64,000 nucleotides of DNA from the NCBI GenBank assembly GCA_944385415.1, contig CALWXC010000008.1, positions 36,446-100,445 of the forward strand. Direction: 5' to 3'. Position 1 is the stretch's first letter; each line of letters starts with the position of its first letter. Below are positions 28,129 to 36,814 of the stretch, piece by piece. The notes below the pieces were generated by a model, which did no database searches, was not told the DNA's origin, and worked only from the letters and a program-made list of their open reading frames with translations. A program made the translations under genes and the position numbers. Origin of the DNA: an uncultured Oscillospiraceae bacterium. GTDB lineage: Bacteria > Bacillota > Clostridia > Oscillospirales > Oscillospiraceae.

Positions 28129-29373
28129 TCAGAACAAGCTGTCGGGCTCCTCGTTCATGCGGTCCTCCAGCAGACAGGCCGTGGCATAGAGCAGGTTGGC
28201 AGCGTCGCGGCGGGTCATGGTCTCGTCATAGGCGCCCACCGGCAGACCGGCTTCATCCAGGGCGCAGACGGCCTCGGCGGCCCAGGCGGGCACACTCTCA
28301 TCGGCCAGCTGGCCGGAAACCTCCGTCACGGCGGGCAGCTGCAGCACATTCTGCACCATAACGGCGGCTTCGGCGGTTGTCAGCTCCGCCGTGGGACGGA
28401 ATACCACGCCGTCATCCTGAGTGGTGCCGGAAATATACCCGGCCCGCAGAGCCGATACGATATAGGGCCGCATCCAGGAGGGGGTCAGGGCTTCATCGTC
28501 AAAGCCGGAGGTCATCTGAGCATCGTCGGGCTCCAACTCCGTCAGCTGGGCCAGCATCACCAGAAATTCACCGCGGGTCACGGCCTTGTCCGGGTTGAAG
28601 CACAGGGTACCGCCTACGGACTCGCCGGAGAACAGCTGCCGCTCCCGCAGCCACAGGGCTGTGAAGTGGTCGCCGTCGCCCTCCATATCACTGTAGGTGA
28701 TTTTGTCCATGGGCTTGAGAATCTCAATTTCCACAGTGGCCTCGTTGGACACGTTGCCGGCGGCGTCGGTGACGGTGTAGGTGAACCGGTCGGACCCCAC
28801 CTTGTTGTTGGCGGGGGTATAGGTGTACGTGCCGTCGGCCCGCAGCTCCACCTCGCCGCGCTTGGGTGCGCCGGTGAGTTCATAGCGGAGACTGTCGCCC
28901 TCCGGGTCTGTCACGTCCAGTGTGCCGTCATTGGCAATGTTCTTGTACGTTTCCAGCGTGCCGTCCTGGGCCGTGGGGGCGTGGTTTTCTCCGGAGGAAA
29001 TGGAGATGGATACGGTTTGCATCTCACCCAGCCCCTCTTCGGTGATGGGCAGATAGCAGACGGCGGCTTCCTGATCGCCGGTGCAGACGGGCCGCAGCGT
29101 CAGACTGGTCAGAGCCGAAGCGGGCAGCACGTCACCGGCTTGCAGGACCCGGTTTCCATAGCACAGCTTGCCCACGGAGGGGGACGGGACCTCGGTGAGG
29201 AAAATACCGGTCAGCTCTTGGCTGTCGGTAAAGTCCGCCGCCTCAAAACAGTAGACGGCGTCATACAGCGTTTCCCGCTGGGCAGCGGCCGCACCGGTGG
29301 CCAGCACGCAGACGCAGAGCACCGCGCCTGCCGCCGGAGCCACACGGCGCAGGGGAGAGAAATTGGATGTCAA
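28129..29373 (-). CDS. Secreted S-layer homology domain protein with cadherin/Ig-like domain
   Basis: Signal peptide, NHAPTAQD..DPEGD..YTYTP..GSDRFTYTVTD (cadherin-like), SLH motifs FNPDKAVTRGEF, FRPTAELTTAEA, MTRRDAA. TTG after AAGGAGG. Confidence 0.8.
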   Translation of the reverse strand: MTSNFSPLRRVAPAAGAVLCVCVLATGAAAAQRETLYDAVYCFEAADFTDSQELTGIFLTEVPSPSVGKLCYGNRVLQAGDVLPASALTSLTLRPVCTGDQEAAVCYLPITEEGLGEMQTVSISISSGENHAPTAQDGTLETYKNIANDGTLDVTDPEGDSLRYELTGAPKRGEVELRADGTYTYTPANNKVGSDRFTYTVTDAAGNVSNEATVEIEILKPMDKITYSDMEGDGDHFTALWLRERQLFSGESVGGTLCFNPDKAVTRGEFLVMLAQLTELEPDDAQMTSGFDDEALTPSWMRPYIVSALRAGYISGTTQDDGVVFRPTAELTTAEAAVMVQNVLQLPAVTEVSGQLADESVPAWAAEAVCALDEAGLPVGAYDETMTRRDAANLLYATACLLEDRMNEEPDSLF

Positions 29374-29544
29374 GGGAAATACCTCCTTTTGGATTTGTCA
29401 GAGGTATTGTTTGCTATGACAGGAGAAATATTCGAGACTGTAAAAAAACTTCTGGAAGACTTTTCGGCAGAGCGAACAGGAAGGCGCGGGGGACCCCAAA
29501 GCCCCCCGCGCCCCGCTTCTGTCTTATGATGATTCTAGGATGGT

Positions 29545-30237
29545 TCAGCGATTGACAAACCACTGGGTCCAGTAGCCGTCCACATGGCCCACGCCGATCT
29601 CGGTGTACTTGTCCGAGAGGATGTTGGCCCGGTGACCGGGGGAATTCATCCAGCCGTCCACCACGGCTTCCGCCGTGCGGTAACCCATGGCGATGTTCTC
29701 CGCGGCGGCCCGGTAGGTGATGCCCAGAGAACGCATCATTTCAAAGGGCGTGCCGTAGGTGGGGCTGTTGTGGTCAAAGTACCGGTTGTCCCGCATGTCC
29801 TGGGACTTGAGCCGTGCACCGTCGCTGAGATCAGTGCTGAGGGTCAGGGGAGACAGGCCGTAGGCGGCACGCTCCTGATTGACCAGGGCCACCACCTGCC
29901 GCTCCAGGGAGCTGACGGAACCGCTGTCCGGCGTGGTATCCGTGCCGGGCTTGTTGTCGGTGTCCGGGGTGGTGTCCGGCTTGCTGTCGGTATCGGGCGT
30001 CGTATCAATGTCGGGCGTATTGTCGGTATCGGGCGTATTGTCGACGTCGGGCGTGTTGTCTGTATCCGGCGTCGTGTCCGGCACCGTCTGGTCGGGACAG
30101 AGCTGGATGAAATTCCAGTTGTTCCAGTTCCAATGCCAATTGGGCCGGGCGGCGGACGCCGGAGTGACCATGGCGCCGGTCAGCAGCAGGGCCGCCAGAG
30201 CGGCAGATACGGTACGATATGTATGTTTCTGGTTCAT
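29545..30237 (-). CDS. Secreted CAP (SCP/YkwD-like) domain protein with D/T/P-rich linker
   Basis: Signal peptide, LVNQERA, KSQDM..YFDHNSPTYGTPFEMM, AENIA, WMNSPGHRANIL, WTQWF. Confidence 0.9.
   Translation of the reverse strand: MNQKHTYRTVSAALAALLLTGAMVTPASAARPNWHWNWNNWNFIQLCPDQTVPDTTPDTDNTPDVDNTPDTDNTPDIDTTPDTDSKPDTTPDTDNKPGTDTTPDSGSVSSLERQVVALVNQERAAYGLSPLTLSTDLSDGARLKSQDMRDNRYFDHNSPTYGTPFEMMRSLGITYRAAAENIAMGYRTAEAVVDGWMNSPGHRANILSDKYTEIGVGHVDGYWTQWFVNR
29935..30085 (-). repeat. Coding tandem repeat (TPDTDN-type, 18-bp units)
   Basis: PDTTPDTDNTPDVDNTPDTDNTPDIDTTPDTDSKPDTTPDTDNKPGTDTTPD in the CAP protein. Confidence 0.85.
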
Positions 30238-30388
30238 TTTGCATTACCTCCTGGCCATATGGTAACAAAAAGTTACAAAGAATTACAAGCTGTAATATTT
30301 TCCATGGTAGAACTTCCTTGTACTTTGCCATCAAATGGGCTATAATGGAGCATAATTAACATAGAAAGAACCATAACGAGGTGAGCCG

Positions 30389-30976
30389 ATGGAACAGCGT
30401 GGATTTATCCACTCCATGATGGATGTAAAAGTATTGATTCTCTATGCCATGAGCCGGGTGGAAGGGACGGCCACGGCTCAGAAAATTTACGAGTTGTGCT
30501 TCCAGGACGACTGCGTCAGTTATTTTGATATTCAGGAGGCGCTGCCGCAGCTGGCGGCCTCGGGCCATCTGGCCCTGTTGGGGGACAACACCTATGAGAT
30601 CACCGCCGAGGGCCGGGAGACCGGCGCGTTGGTGGAGGACTCTCTGGCCTATCCGGTGGCCCAGCGGGTGGAGGCGGCGGTGGCCCAGTACAACCGGGAG
30701 CAGCGGCGGCAAAACCGCATCCGGGCCGAAATCCATGCACGGGACAACGGCGATTATACCGTGGCCATGGGGCTCCATGACCATATGGGCAGTCTGATGT
30801 CCCTGGAGCTGATGGCCCCTTCGGAGCAGCAGGCGAAACGCATGGCCGACGCGTTCCGCAATCACGCCGAGGAGATCTTCCAGCAGATCATGGCCGTGAT
30901 GCTGGAGCGCACCGAGGGACGGCGCAGTTCCAAGGGGTCCGCCGCTGGAAATCCCGGTGAAAACCAGGAAGTCTGA
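30389..30976 (+). CDS. DUF4364-like winged-helix protein
   Basis: KVLILYAM..VSYFDIQEAL..YEITAEGRE; C-terminal LMSLELMAPSEQQA. Promoter TTGTAC-17-TATAAT at 30318-30346. Confidence 0.75.
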   Translation: MEQRGFIHSMMDVKVLILYAMSRVEGTATAQKIYELCFQDDCVSYFDIQEALPQLAASGHLALLGDNTYEITAEGRETGALVEDSLAYPVAQRVEAAVAQYNREQRRQNRIRAEIHARDNGDYTVAMGLHDHMGSLMSLELMAPSEQQAKRMADAFRNHAEEIFQQIMAVMLERTEGRRSSKGSAAGNPGENQEV

Positions 30977-31026
30977 GAACTTTTTCTAGGTAAATCATTG
31001 ACATTGTGAAGCTGCACACTTTTGGC

Positions 31027-31054
31027 TTGCAAAATGGCCGATATGTGGTATAAT
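31027..31054 (+). promoter_or_regulatory. SigA promoter of hpf
   Basis: TTGCAA-16bp-TATAAT with TG extension. Confidence 0.7.
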
Positions 31055-31110
31055 ATGCACAGGGAAACTATACCAAAGGTCCCCGGAGGGGGACGAAAGG
31101 AGCGACGCAT

Positions 31111-31653
31111 ATGAAAATCCAGTTTCTTGAGAAAAAGCTCAACCTGCCCGGCACCGTTCGTGACTACGCCGAGAAGAAGGTCACCAAGCTGGATCGCTAT
31201 TTCCGTGATGACGCTGAGGCTCTGGTTGCCTTCAGTGTAGAGAAAAACCGGAATATCGTAGAGCTCACGGTTCATGCCGCCAATACCTACTTCCGCGCCA
31301 GCGAGAGTACGTCCGACATGTTCGCGTCCATCGACGCGGCGGTTGGCACCATTGAGGGGCAGATCCGTAAGAATAAAACGCGGTTGGCCCGCCGCATCCG
31401 GCAGGATGCCTTTGTCCGGTCTCCCGAGGCCGTTTCCTCCTTTGCTCCCGAGGAGCCGGAGGAGGGCGAGTTCAACCTGATCCGCACCAAGTCCTTCCCC
31501 ATGAAGCCCATGACCCGCGACGAGGCCATTTTGCAGATGAACCTGCTGGATCATACGTTCTTCGCGTTCCGCGACGAGGAGAACGGCGGCGCGTTTGCCG
31601 TGGTCTATAAGCGCCATAACGGCGGTTATGGTCTCATTGAGGACGCACCGTAA
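31111..31653 (+). CDS. hpf: Ribosome hibernation promoting factor (long HPF)
   Basis: YAEKKVTKLDRYF, DMFASIDAAV..QIRKNKTRL, C-terminal KPMTRDEAILQMNLLDH..VVYKR..YGLIE. Confidence 0.95.
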   Translation: MKIQFLEKKLNLPGTVRDYAEKKVTKLDRYFRDDAEALVAFSVEKNRNIVELTVHAANTYFRASESTSDMFASIDAAVGTIEGQIRKNKTRLARRIRQDAFVRSPEAVSSFAPEEPEEGEFNLIRTKSFPMKPMTRDEAILQMNLLDHTFFAFRDEENGGAFAVVYKRHNGGYGLIEDAP

Positions 31654-31670
31654 TTGTATTTGTTTCCCGG

Positions 31671-31701
31671 CCGGACACCTTCGGGTGTCCGGCCCTTTTT
31701 T
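31671..31701 (+). terminator. Intrinsic terminator of hpf
   Basis: GCCGGACACC-ttcg-GGTGTCCGGC followed by CCTTTTTT. Confidence 0.85.
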
Positions 31702-31765
31702 GCGGATATGCTGCATGCTCTAATGGTCCCAGAATGGCGGTAATGGGCATCGAAGACGAAAAGAT

Positions 31766-31810
31766 AAAAGTTTTACTCGATTTTTTTCAAAAAAATCGAG
31801 TAAAACTTTT
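31766..31810. repeat. 45-bp perfect palindrome made of two element termini
   Basis: AAAAGTTTTACTCGATTTTTTT-C-AAAAAAATCGAGTAAAACTTTT (22-bp arms). Confidence 0.9.
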
Positions 31811-32145
31811 TATTTTGCGTTTCCGGTACTGCCATGCGGAATCCCCGAGGTCGGTGGCGGATTGGGCAAAATGACAGATTTCCTGCACCAGCAATTTAAT
31901 AAAATACTGTGCAATAGAATATAAAAACAGGTGTCTATATGGTGAAAACATACGGTTAAAATCTGTATTTGATAGATAGACGTACGGAAAATCCAAAAAA
32001 CATCGGTATCAAACGGAATTTCATGGTGCAAGACAGAGTTTTTGTTTTGAAAATTCACTGACGGTAATGTAAATAATTTGGGGCCTGCCGGGGCCTTTGA
32101 TTCTGGATAAATCGTACAAACTTTTTTGAATGGGGGAATTCCTGT

Positions 32146-32174
32146 TTGACCTGGCCCGGTAAACGTCGTATAAT
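32146..32174 (+). promoter_or_regulatory. SigA promoter of gltBD
   Basis: TTGACC-17bp-TATAAT. Confidence 0.85.
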
Positions 32175-32281
32175 CTCCGTAAAATATAGAGGATATGATT
32201 GGGAGTTTGGGGAAACGCTCCGGCGTGTTCGTCGTTTTAACCAAAAACTCCCCGGTCCGGAAAGGTCAAGGTGAAGCGGTT

Positions 32282-35200
32282 ATGGAAGAAAGAGGGTTAT
32301 ACGTCCCCCAGCTGGAGCATGACGCCTGCGGCATCGGCGCCGTCGTCCGCATCGACGGCAAGCCCGACCACGGCGCCGTGGATGACGCGCTGAAAATCGT
32401 GGAAAAGCTGGAGCACCGCGCCGGTAAGGACGCCGCCGGAGAAACCGGCGACGGCGTGGGTATCCTGCTGCAAATTTCCCATAAATTCTTCAAAAAGGCG
32501 GCGGCAGCCTGTGGCATCACCCTGGGCAGCGCCCGGGACTACGGCGTGGGTATGTTCTTTATGCCGCAGAACCGGCTCCTGCGCAATCAGGCCAAGAAGA
32601 TGCTGGAGATCATCGCCAACAAGGAGGGCGTCCGCTTCCTGGGCTGGAGAGAGGTACCGGTCCATCCGGAGGTCCTGGGCCAGAAGGCGTTGGACTGCAT
32701 GCCCTCCATTCTCCAGTGCTTTGTGGAGCGGCCACAGGACGTGGAGCGGGGCATTGCCTTTGACCGGAAGCTGTACATCATCCGCCGGGAGTTCGAGCAG
32801 AGCAACGACAACACCTATGTGGCGTCGTTCTCCAGCCGGACCATCGTCTATAAAGGTATGTTCCTGGTGGGCCAGCTGCGACGGTTCTATGAGGATTTGC
32901 AGAGCGAGGACTATCAATCGGCCATCGCCCTGGTCCACTCCCGGTTCTCCACCAACACCAATCCCAGTTGGGAGCGGGCCCACCCCAACCGTATGATTCT
33001 CCATAACGGCGAAATCAACACCATCCGGGGCAATGCGGACCGCATGCTGTCCCGGGAGGAGACCATGTCCTCCCGGATTATGCAGGACGATATCGACAAG
33101 ATTCTGCCGGTCATCAACGGTGCGGGCTCCGACTCGGCCATGCTGGACAACACCATCGAGTTTTTGACCATGAACGGCATGGACCTGCCCCTGGCCATGA
33201 TGATTACTGTCCCCGAGGCGTGGCAGAAAGACGAAATCATGGACCGAAAAAAGAGGGATATGTACCACTATTACGCCACCATGATGGAGCCTTGGGACGG
33301 CCCCGCCGCCATCGTCTTTTCCGACGGCGACGTGGTGGGCGCGCTGCTGGACCGCAACGGTCTGCGGCCCTCCCGCTACTATGTGACCAAGGACAAGACG
33401 CTGATTCTGGCGTCCGAGGTGGGCGTCCTGGATATTCCGCCGGAGTCCGTGGTCCGCAAATCCCGTCTCCAGCCCGGCAAAATGCTGCTGGTGGACACGG
33501 TCAAGGGAAAGATCATCGAGGACGACGAGCTGAAAAGCGCCTATGCCGCCCGGCTGCCCTACGGCGAATGGCTGGACCAGCATTTGGTGACCCTCAAGGA
33601 CCTGCCCATCCCCAACAAAAAGGCCGTCACCCTGGACAGCGACTACCGGGCCAGATTGCAAAAAGCCTTTGCCTACTCCTATGAGGATATCAAGGACACC
33701 ATTCTCCCCATGGCCCGCAGCAGTGCCGAGCCCACGGCGGCCATGGGCGACGACTTGCCCCTGGCGGTGCTGTCGGAAAAGCACCAGCCCCTCTTTAACT
33801 ATTTCAAGCAGATGTTTGCCCAGGTGACCAACCCGCCCATCGACGCCATCCGGGAGGAATCCGTCACCGATACGACGGTCTATGTGGGCTCCGACGGCAA
33901 TCTGCTGGAGGACCGGGCAGAGAACTGCAACGTCCTGCAAATCAACAACCCCATTCTCACCAATGTGGATTTGCTGAAAATCAAGTACATGGACCGGCCC
34001 GGCTTCAAAGTGGAAACCGTGTCCCTCCTCTATTATAAAAACACCCGGCTGGACCGGGCCCTGGACCATCTGTTTGTGGCCTGTGACCGGGCCTACAAAA
34101 ACGGGGCCAATATCCTGATTCTCTCCGACCGGGGCGTGGATGAAAACCATGTGGCCATTCCGTCTCTGCTGGCTGTGGCCGCATTGGAACAGCATTTGAT
34201 CCGCACCAAGAAGCGCACCGCCGTGTCCGTCATTCTGGAATCGGCGGAGCCCCGCAACGTCCACCACTTTGCCACCCTCCTGGGCTACGGCGCCCGGGCC
34301 GTCAACCCCTATCTGGCCCACGAGTGCATCCGCCAGGCCATCCATGAGGGATTGCTGGACAAGGACTACACTGTAGCTGTGGACGACTACAACAGCGCCG
34401 TCCTCCATGGCATTGTCAAGGTGGCGTCCAAAATGGGCATTTCCACCATCCAGTCCTACCAGTCAGCGCAGATTTTCGAGGCCATCGGCATCCGGAAGGA
34501 CGTCATGGACCGCTATTTTACCAATACCATCTCCCGTGTCGGCGGCGTGGGCCTGGAAGAGATTGCCGAGGGCGTCGAGTATTACCACTCCCACGCCTTT
34601 GACCCCCTGGGTCTGCCCAACGACACCACTCTGGAGTCCAATGGCTACGAGCGGCTCCGCAGCGGCAGCCAGAAGGAAGACCATATGTACAATCCCCAGG
34701 TCATCTGGCTGCTCCAGCAGTCCACCCGCAACCGGGATTATGAGATGTTCCAGCAGTATACCCATCTGGTGGACGATGAATCCACCCCCCACACCCTGCG
34801 GGGTCTGCTGACCTTCGCCACGCCGGAGAGCGGCCCCATCCCCATCGAAGAGGTGGAGCCGGTCAGCGAGATTGTCAAACGATTTAAGACCGGCGCCATG
34901 TCCTACGGCTCCATTTCCCAGGAGGCCCACGAATGTCTGGCACTGGCCATGAACCGGCTGGGCGGCAAGTCCAACTCCGGCGAGGGCGGCGAGGACACGG
35001 CCCGGCTCAAGTCCGACAAGTGCAGCGCCATCAAGCAGGTGGCTTCGGGCCGCTTCGGCGTCACGTCGGAATATCTCGTCAGCGCCGAGGAATTGCAGAT
35101 CAAAATGGCCCAGGGTGCAAAGCCCGGCGAGGGCGGCCATCTGCCCGGTAAAAAGGTCTATCCTTGGATTGCCAAAACCCGCCATTCCACGCCGGGTATC

Positions 35201-36802
35201 TCCCTGATCTCTCCGCCGCCTCACCACGATATCTACTCCATCGAGGACCTCTCCCAGCTGATCTACGACCTGAAAAACGCCAACGATAAGGCGAGAATCT
35301 CCGTCAAGCTGGCGTCGGAGGCCGGCGTCGGCACCATCGCCGCCGGCGTGGCCAAGGCCGGAGCTCAAGTGGTCCTGATCTCCGGCTATGACGGCGGCAC
35401 CGGCGCGGCGCCCCAGACCTCCATCCATAACGCCGGTCTGCCCTGGGAGCTGGGTCTGGCCGAGGCCCATCAGGCATTGATTGCCAACGGCCTGCGCTCC
35501 CGTGTGGTCCTGGAAACCGACGGCAAGTTGATGAACGGTTACGATGTGGCCGTGGCCTGTATGCTGGGCGCGGAGGAATTCGGCTTCGCCACGGCCCCGC
35601 TGGTCACCCTGGGCTGCGTCATGATGCGCGTCTGCAACCAGGACACCTGTCCCGCCGGTGTGGCCACCCAGAATCCGGAGCTGCGGAAATGCTTCCGGGG
35701 CAAGCCGGAATACGTCATGACCTTTATGGAATTTGTGGCCCAGCAGCTGCGGGAGATCATGGCGTCTCTGGGTATCCGCCGGGTTCGGGATCTGGTGGGC
35801 CGCACGGACCTGCTGAAGCCCGTGGAGCACTCCATCAGCCATCGGGCGGAATCGGTGGACCTGTCCGGCATCCTGAAAAACCCCTACGCCGGAGAAAAAG
35901 GCACCAGCTTTGAACCGCGGGATGTGTACAACTTCCATCTGGAGCGGACCCTGGACCAGAAAATTCTGCTCAAGAAGCTGGCCAGCGCCCTGCTGGCTGG
36001 AAAGCCCGCCAGCCTGTCTCTGGACATTTCCAGCACTGACCGGGCCTTCGGTACCCTGTTCGGTTCGGAGATCACCCGCCGTCACGGCGACCGTCTGGCC
36101 GAGGATACCTACCAGATTCGCTGCACCGGCGGCGCGGGTCAGAGCTTCGGCGCATTCATCCCCAAGGGCCTGACGCTGGAACTGGAGGGCGACTCCAACG
36201 ACTATTTCGGCAAGGGCCTTTCCGGCGGCAAGCTCATTGTCTACCCGCCGAAGAAGAGCAAATTCAAGGCCGAGGAAAATATCATCATCGGCAACGTGGC
36301 CCTGTACGGCGCAACCTCCGGCAAGGCATTTGTCCGGGGCATGGCCGGTGAGCGGTTCTGTGTCCGCAACTCCGGCGCAACGGCGGTGGTCGAGGGCGTG
36401 GGCAACCACGGCTGTGAGTACATGACCGGCGGCTGTGCCGTCATCCTGGGCCCCGTGGGAGCAAACTTCGCGGCCGGTATGTCCGGCGGCGTGGCCTATG
36501 TGCTGGACCCGGACCACGATCTGTATCTGCGGGTCAACAAGGAGCTGGTGTCCATGTCCTCCGTCACGGAAAAGCATGACATTCAGGCGTTGAAAGCCCT
36601 CATCGAGGAACACACCGCCGCCACCGGCTCCGCCATTGGCCGGGAACTGCTGGATCACTTCGATCAGCGGTTGGGCGACTTCAAAAAGATCATGCCCAAG
36701 GACTTCAAGCGCATGATGGACGTCATCGCCTCCTTTGAGGCCAGAGGCATGGCCAGAGAAGCGGCGGAAATCGAGGCGTTTTACGCCATGACTGGGAAAT
36801 AA
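32282..36802 (+). CDS. gltB: Glutamate synthase large subunit
   Basis: EHDACGIG N-terminal nucleophile, VHSRFSTNT, HNGEINT, MEPWDGPA, IKQVASGRFGV, QGAKPGEGGHLP, GCVMMRVC..CPAG. Confidence 0.98.
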   Translation: MEERGLYVPQLEHDACGIGAVVRIDGKPDHGAVDDALKIVEKLEHRAGKDAAGETGDGVGILLQISHKFFKKAAAACGITLGSARDYGVGMFFMPQNRLLRNQAKKMLEIIANKEGVRFLGWREVPVHPEVLGQKALDCMPSILQCFVERPQDVERGIAFDRKLYIIRREFEQSNDNTYVASFSSRTIVYKGMFLVGQLRRFYEDLQSEDYQSAIALVHSRFSTNTNPSWERAHPNRMILHNGEINTIRGNADRMLSREETMSSRIMQDDIDKILPVINGAGSDSAMLDNTIEFLTMNGMDLPLAMMITVPEAWQKDEIMDRKKRDMYHYYATMMEPWDGPAAIVFSDGDVVGALLDRNGLRPSRYYVTKDKTLILASEVGVLDIPPESVVRKSRLQPGKMLLVDTVKGKIIEDDELKSAYAARLPYGEWLDQHLVTLKDLPIPNKKAVTLDSDYRARLQKAFAYSYEDIKDTILPMARSSAEPTAAMGDDLPLAVLSEKHQPLFNYFKQMFAQVTNPPIDAIREESVTDTTVYVGSDGNLLEDRAENCNVLQINNPILTNVDLLKIKYMDRPGFKVETVSLLYYKNTRLDRALDHLFVACDRAYKNGANILILSDRGVDENHVAIPSLLAVAALEQHLIRTKKRTAVSVILESAEPRNVHHFATLLGYGARAVNPYLAHECIRQAIHEGLLDKDYTVAVDDYNSAVLHGIVKVASKMGISTIQSYQSAQIFEAIGIRKDVMDRYFTNTISRVGGVGLEEIAEGVEYYHSHAFDPLGLPNDTTLESNGYERLRSGSQKEDHMYNPQVIWLLQQSTRNRDYEMFQQYTHLVDDESTPHTLRGLLTFATPESGPIPIEEVEPVSEIVKRFKTGAMSYGSISQEAHECLALAMNRLGGKSNSGEGGEDTARLKSDKCSAIKQVASGRFGVTSEYLVSAEELQIKMAQGAKPGEGGHLPGKKVYPWIAKTRHSTPGISLISPPPHHDIYSIEDLSQLIYDLKNANDKARISVKLASEAGVGTIAAGVAKAGAQVVLISGYDGGTGAAPQTSIHNAGLPWELGLAEAHQALIANGLRSRVVLETDGKLMNGYDVAVACMLGAEEFGFATAPLVTLGCVMMRVCNQDTCPAGVATQNPELRKCFRGKPEYVMTFMEFVAQQLREIMASLGIRRVRDLVGRTDLLKPVEHSISHRAESVDLSGILKNPYAGEKGTSFEPRDVYNFHLERTLDQKILLKKLASALLAGKPASLSLDISSTDRAFGTLFGSEITRRHGDRLAEDTYQIRCTGGAGQSFGAFIPKGLTLELEGDSNDYFGKGLSGGKLIVYPPKKSKFKAEENIIIGNVALYGATSGKAFVRGMAGERFCVRNSGATAVVEGVGNHGCEYMTGGCAVILGPVGANFAAGMSGGVAYVLDPDHDLYLRVNKELVSMSSVTEKHDIQALKALIEEHTAATGSAIGRELLDHFDQRLGDFKKIMPKDFKRMMDVIASFEARGMAREAAEIEAFYAMTGK

Positions 36803-36814
36803 GGAGGGAACGAC

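Noticed and set aside
32041-32055. CodY box upstream of gltB (TTTGTTTTGAAAATT)
   Set aside because: Four mismatches to AATTTTCWGAAAATT in an AT-rich tract; not distinguishable from chance.
32195-32281. Upstream ATG as the gltB start
   Set aside because: GAGG is only 2 nt from this ATG. ATG 32282 gives the usual short propeptide before the catalytic Cys.
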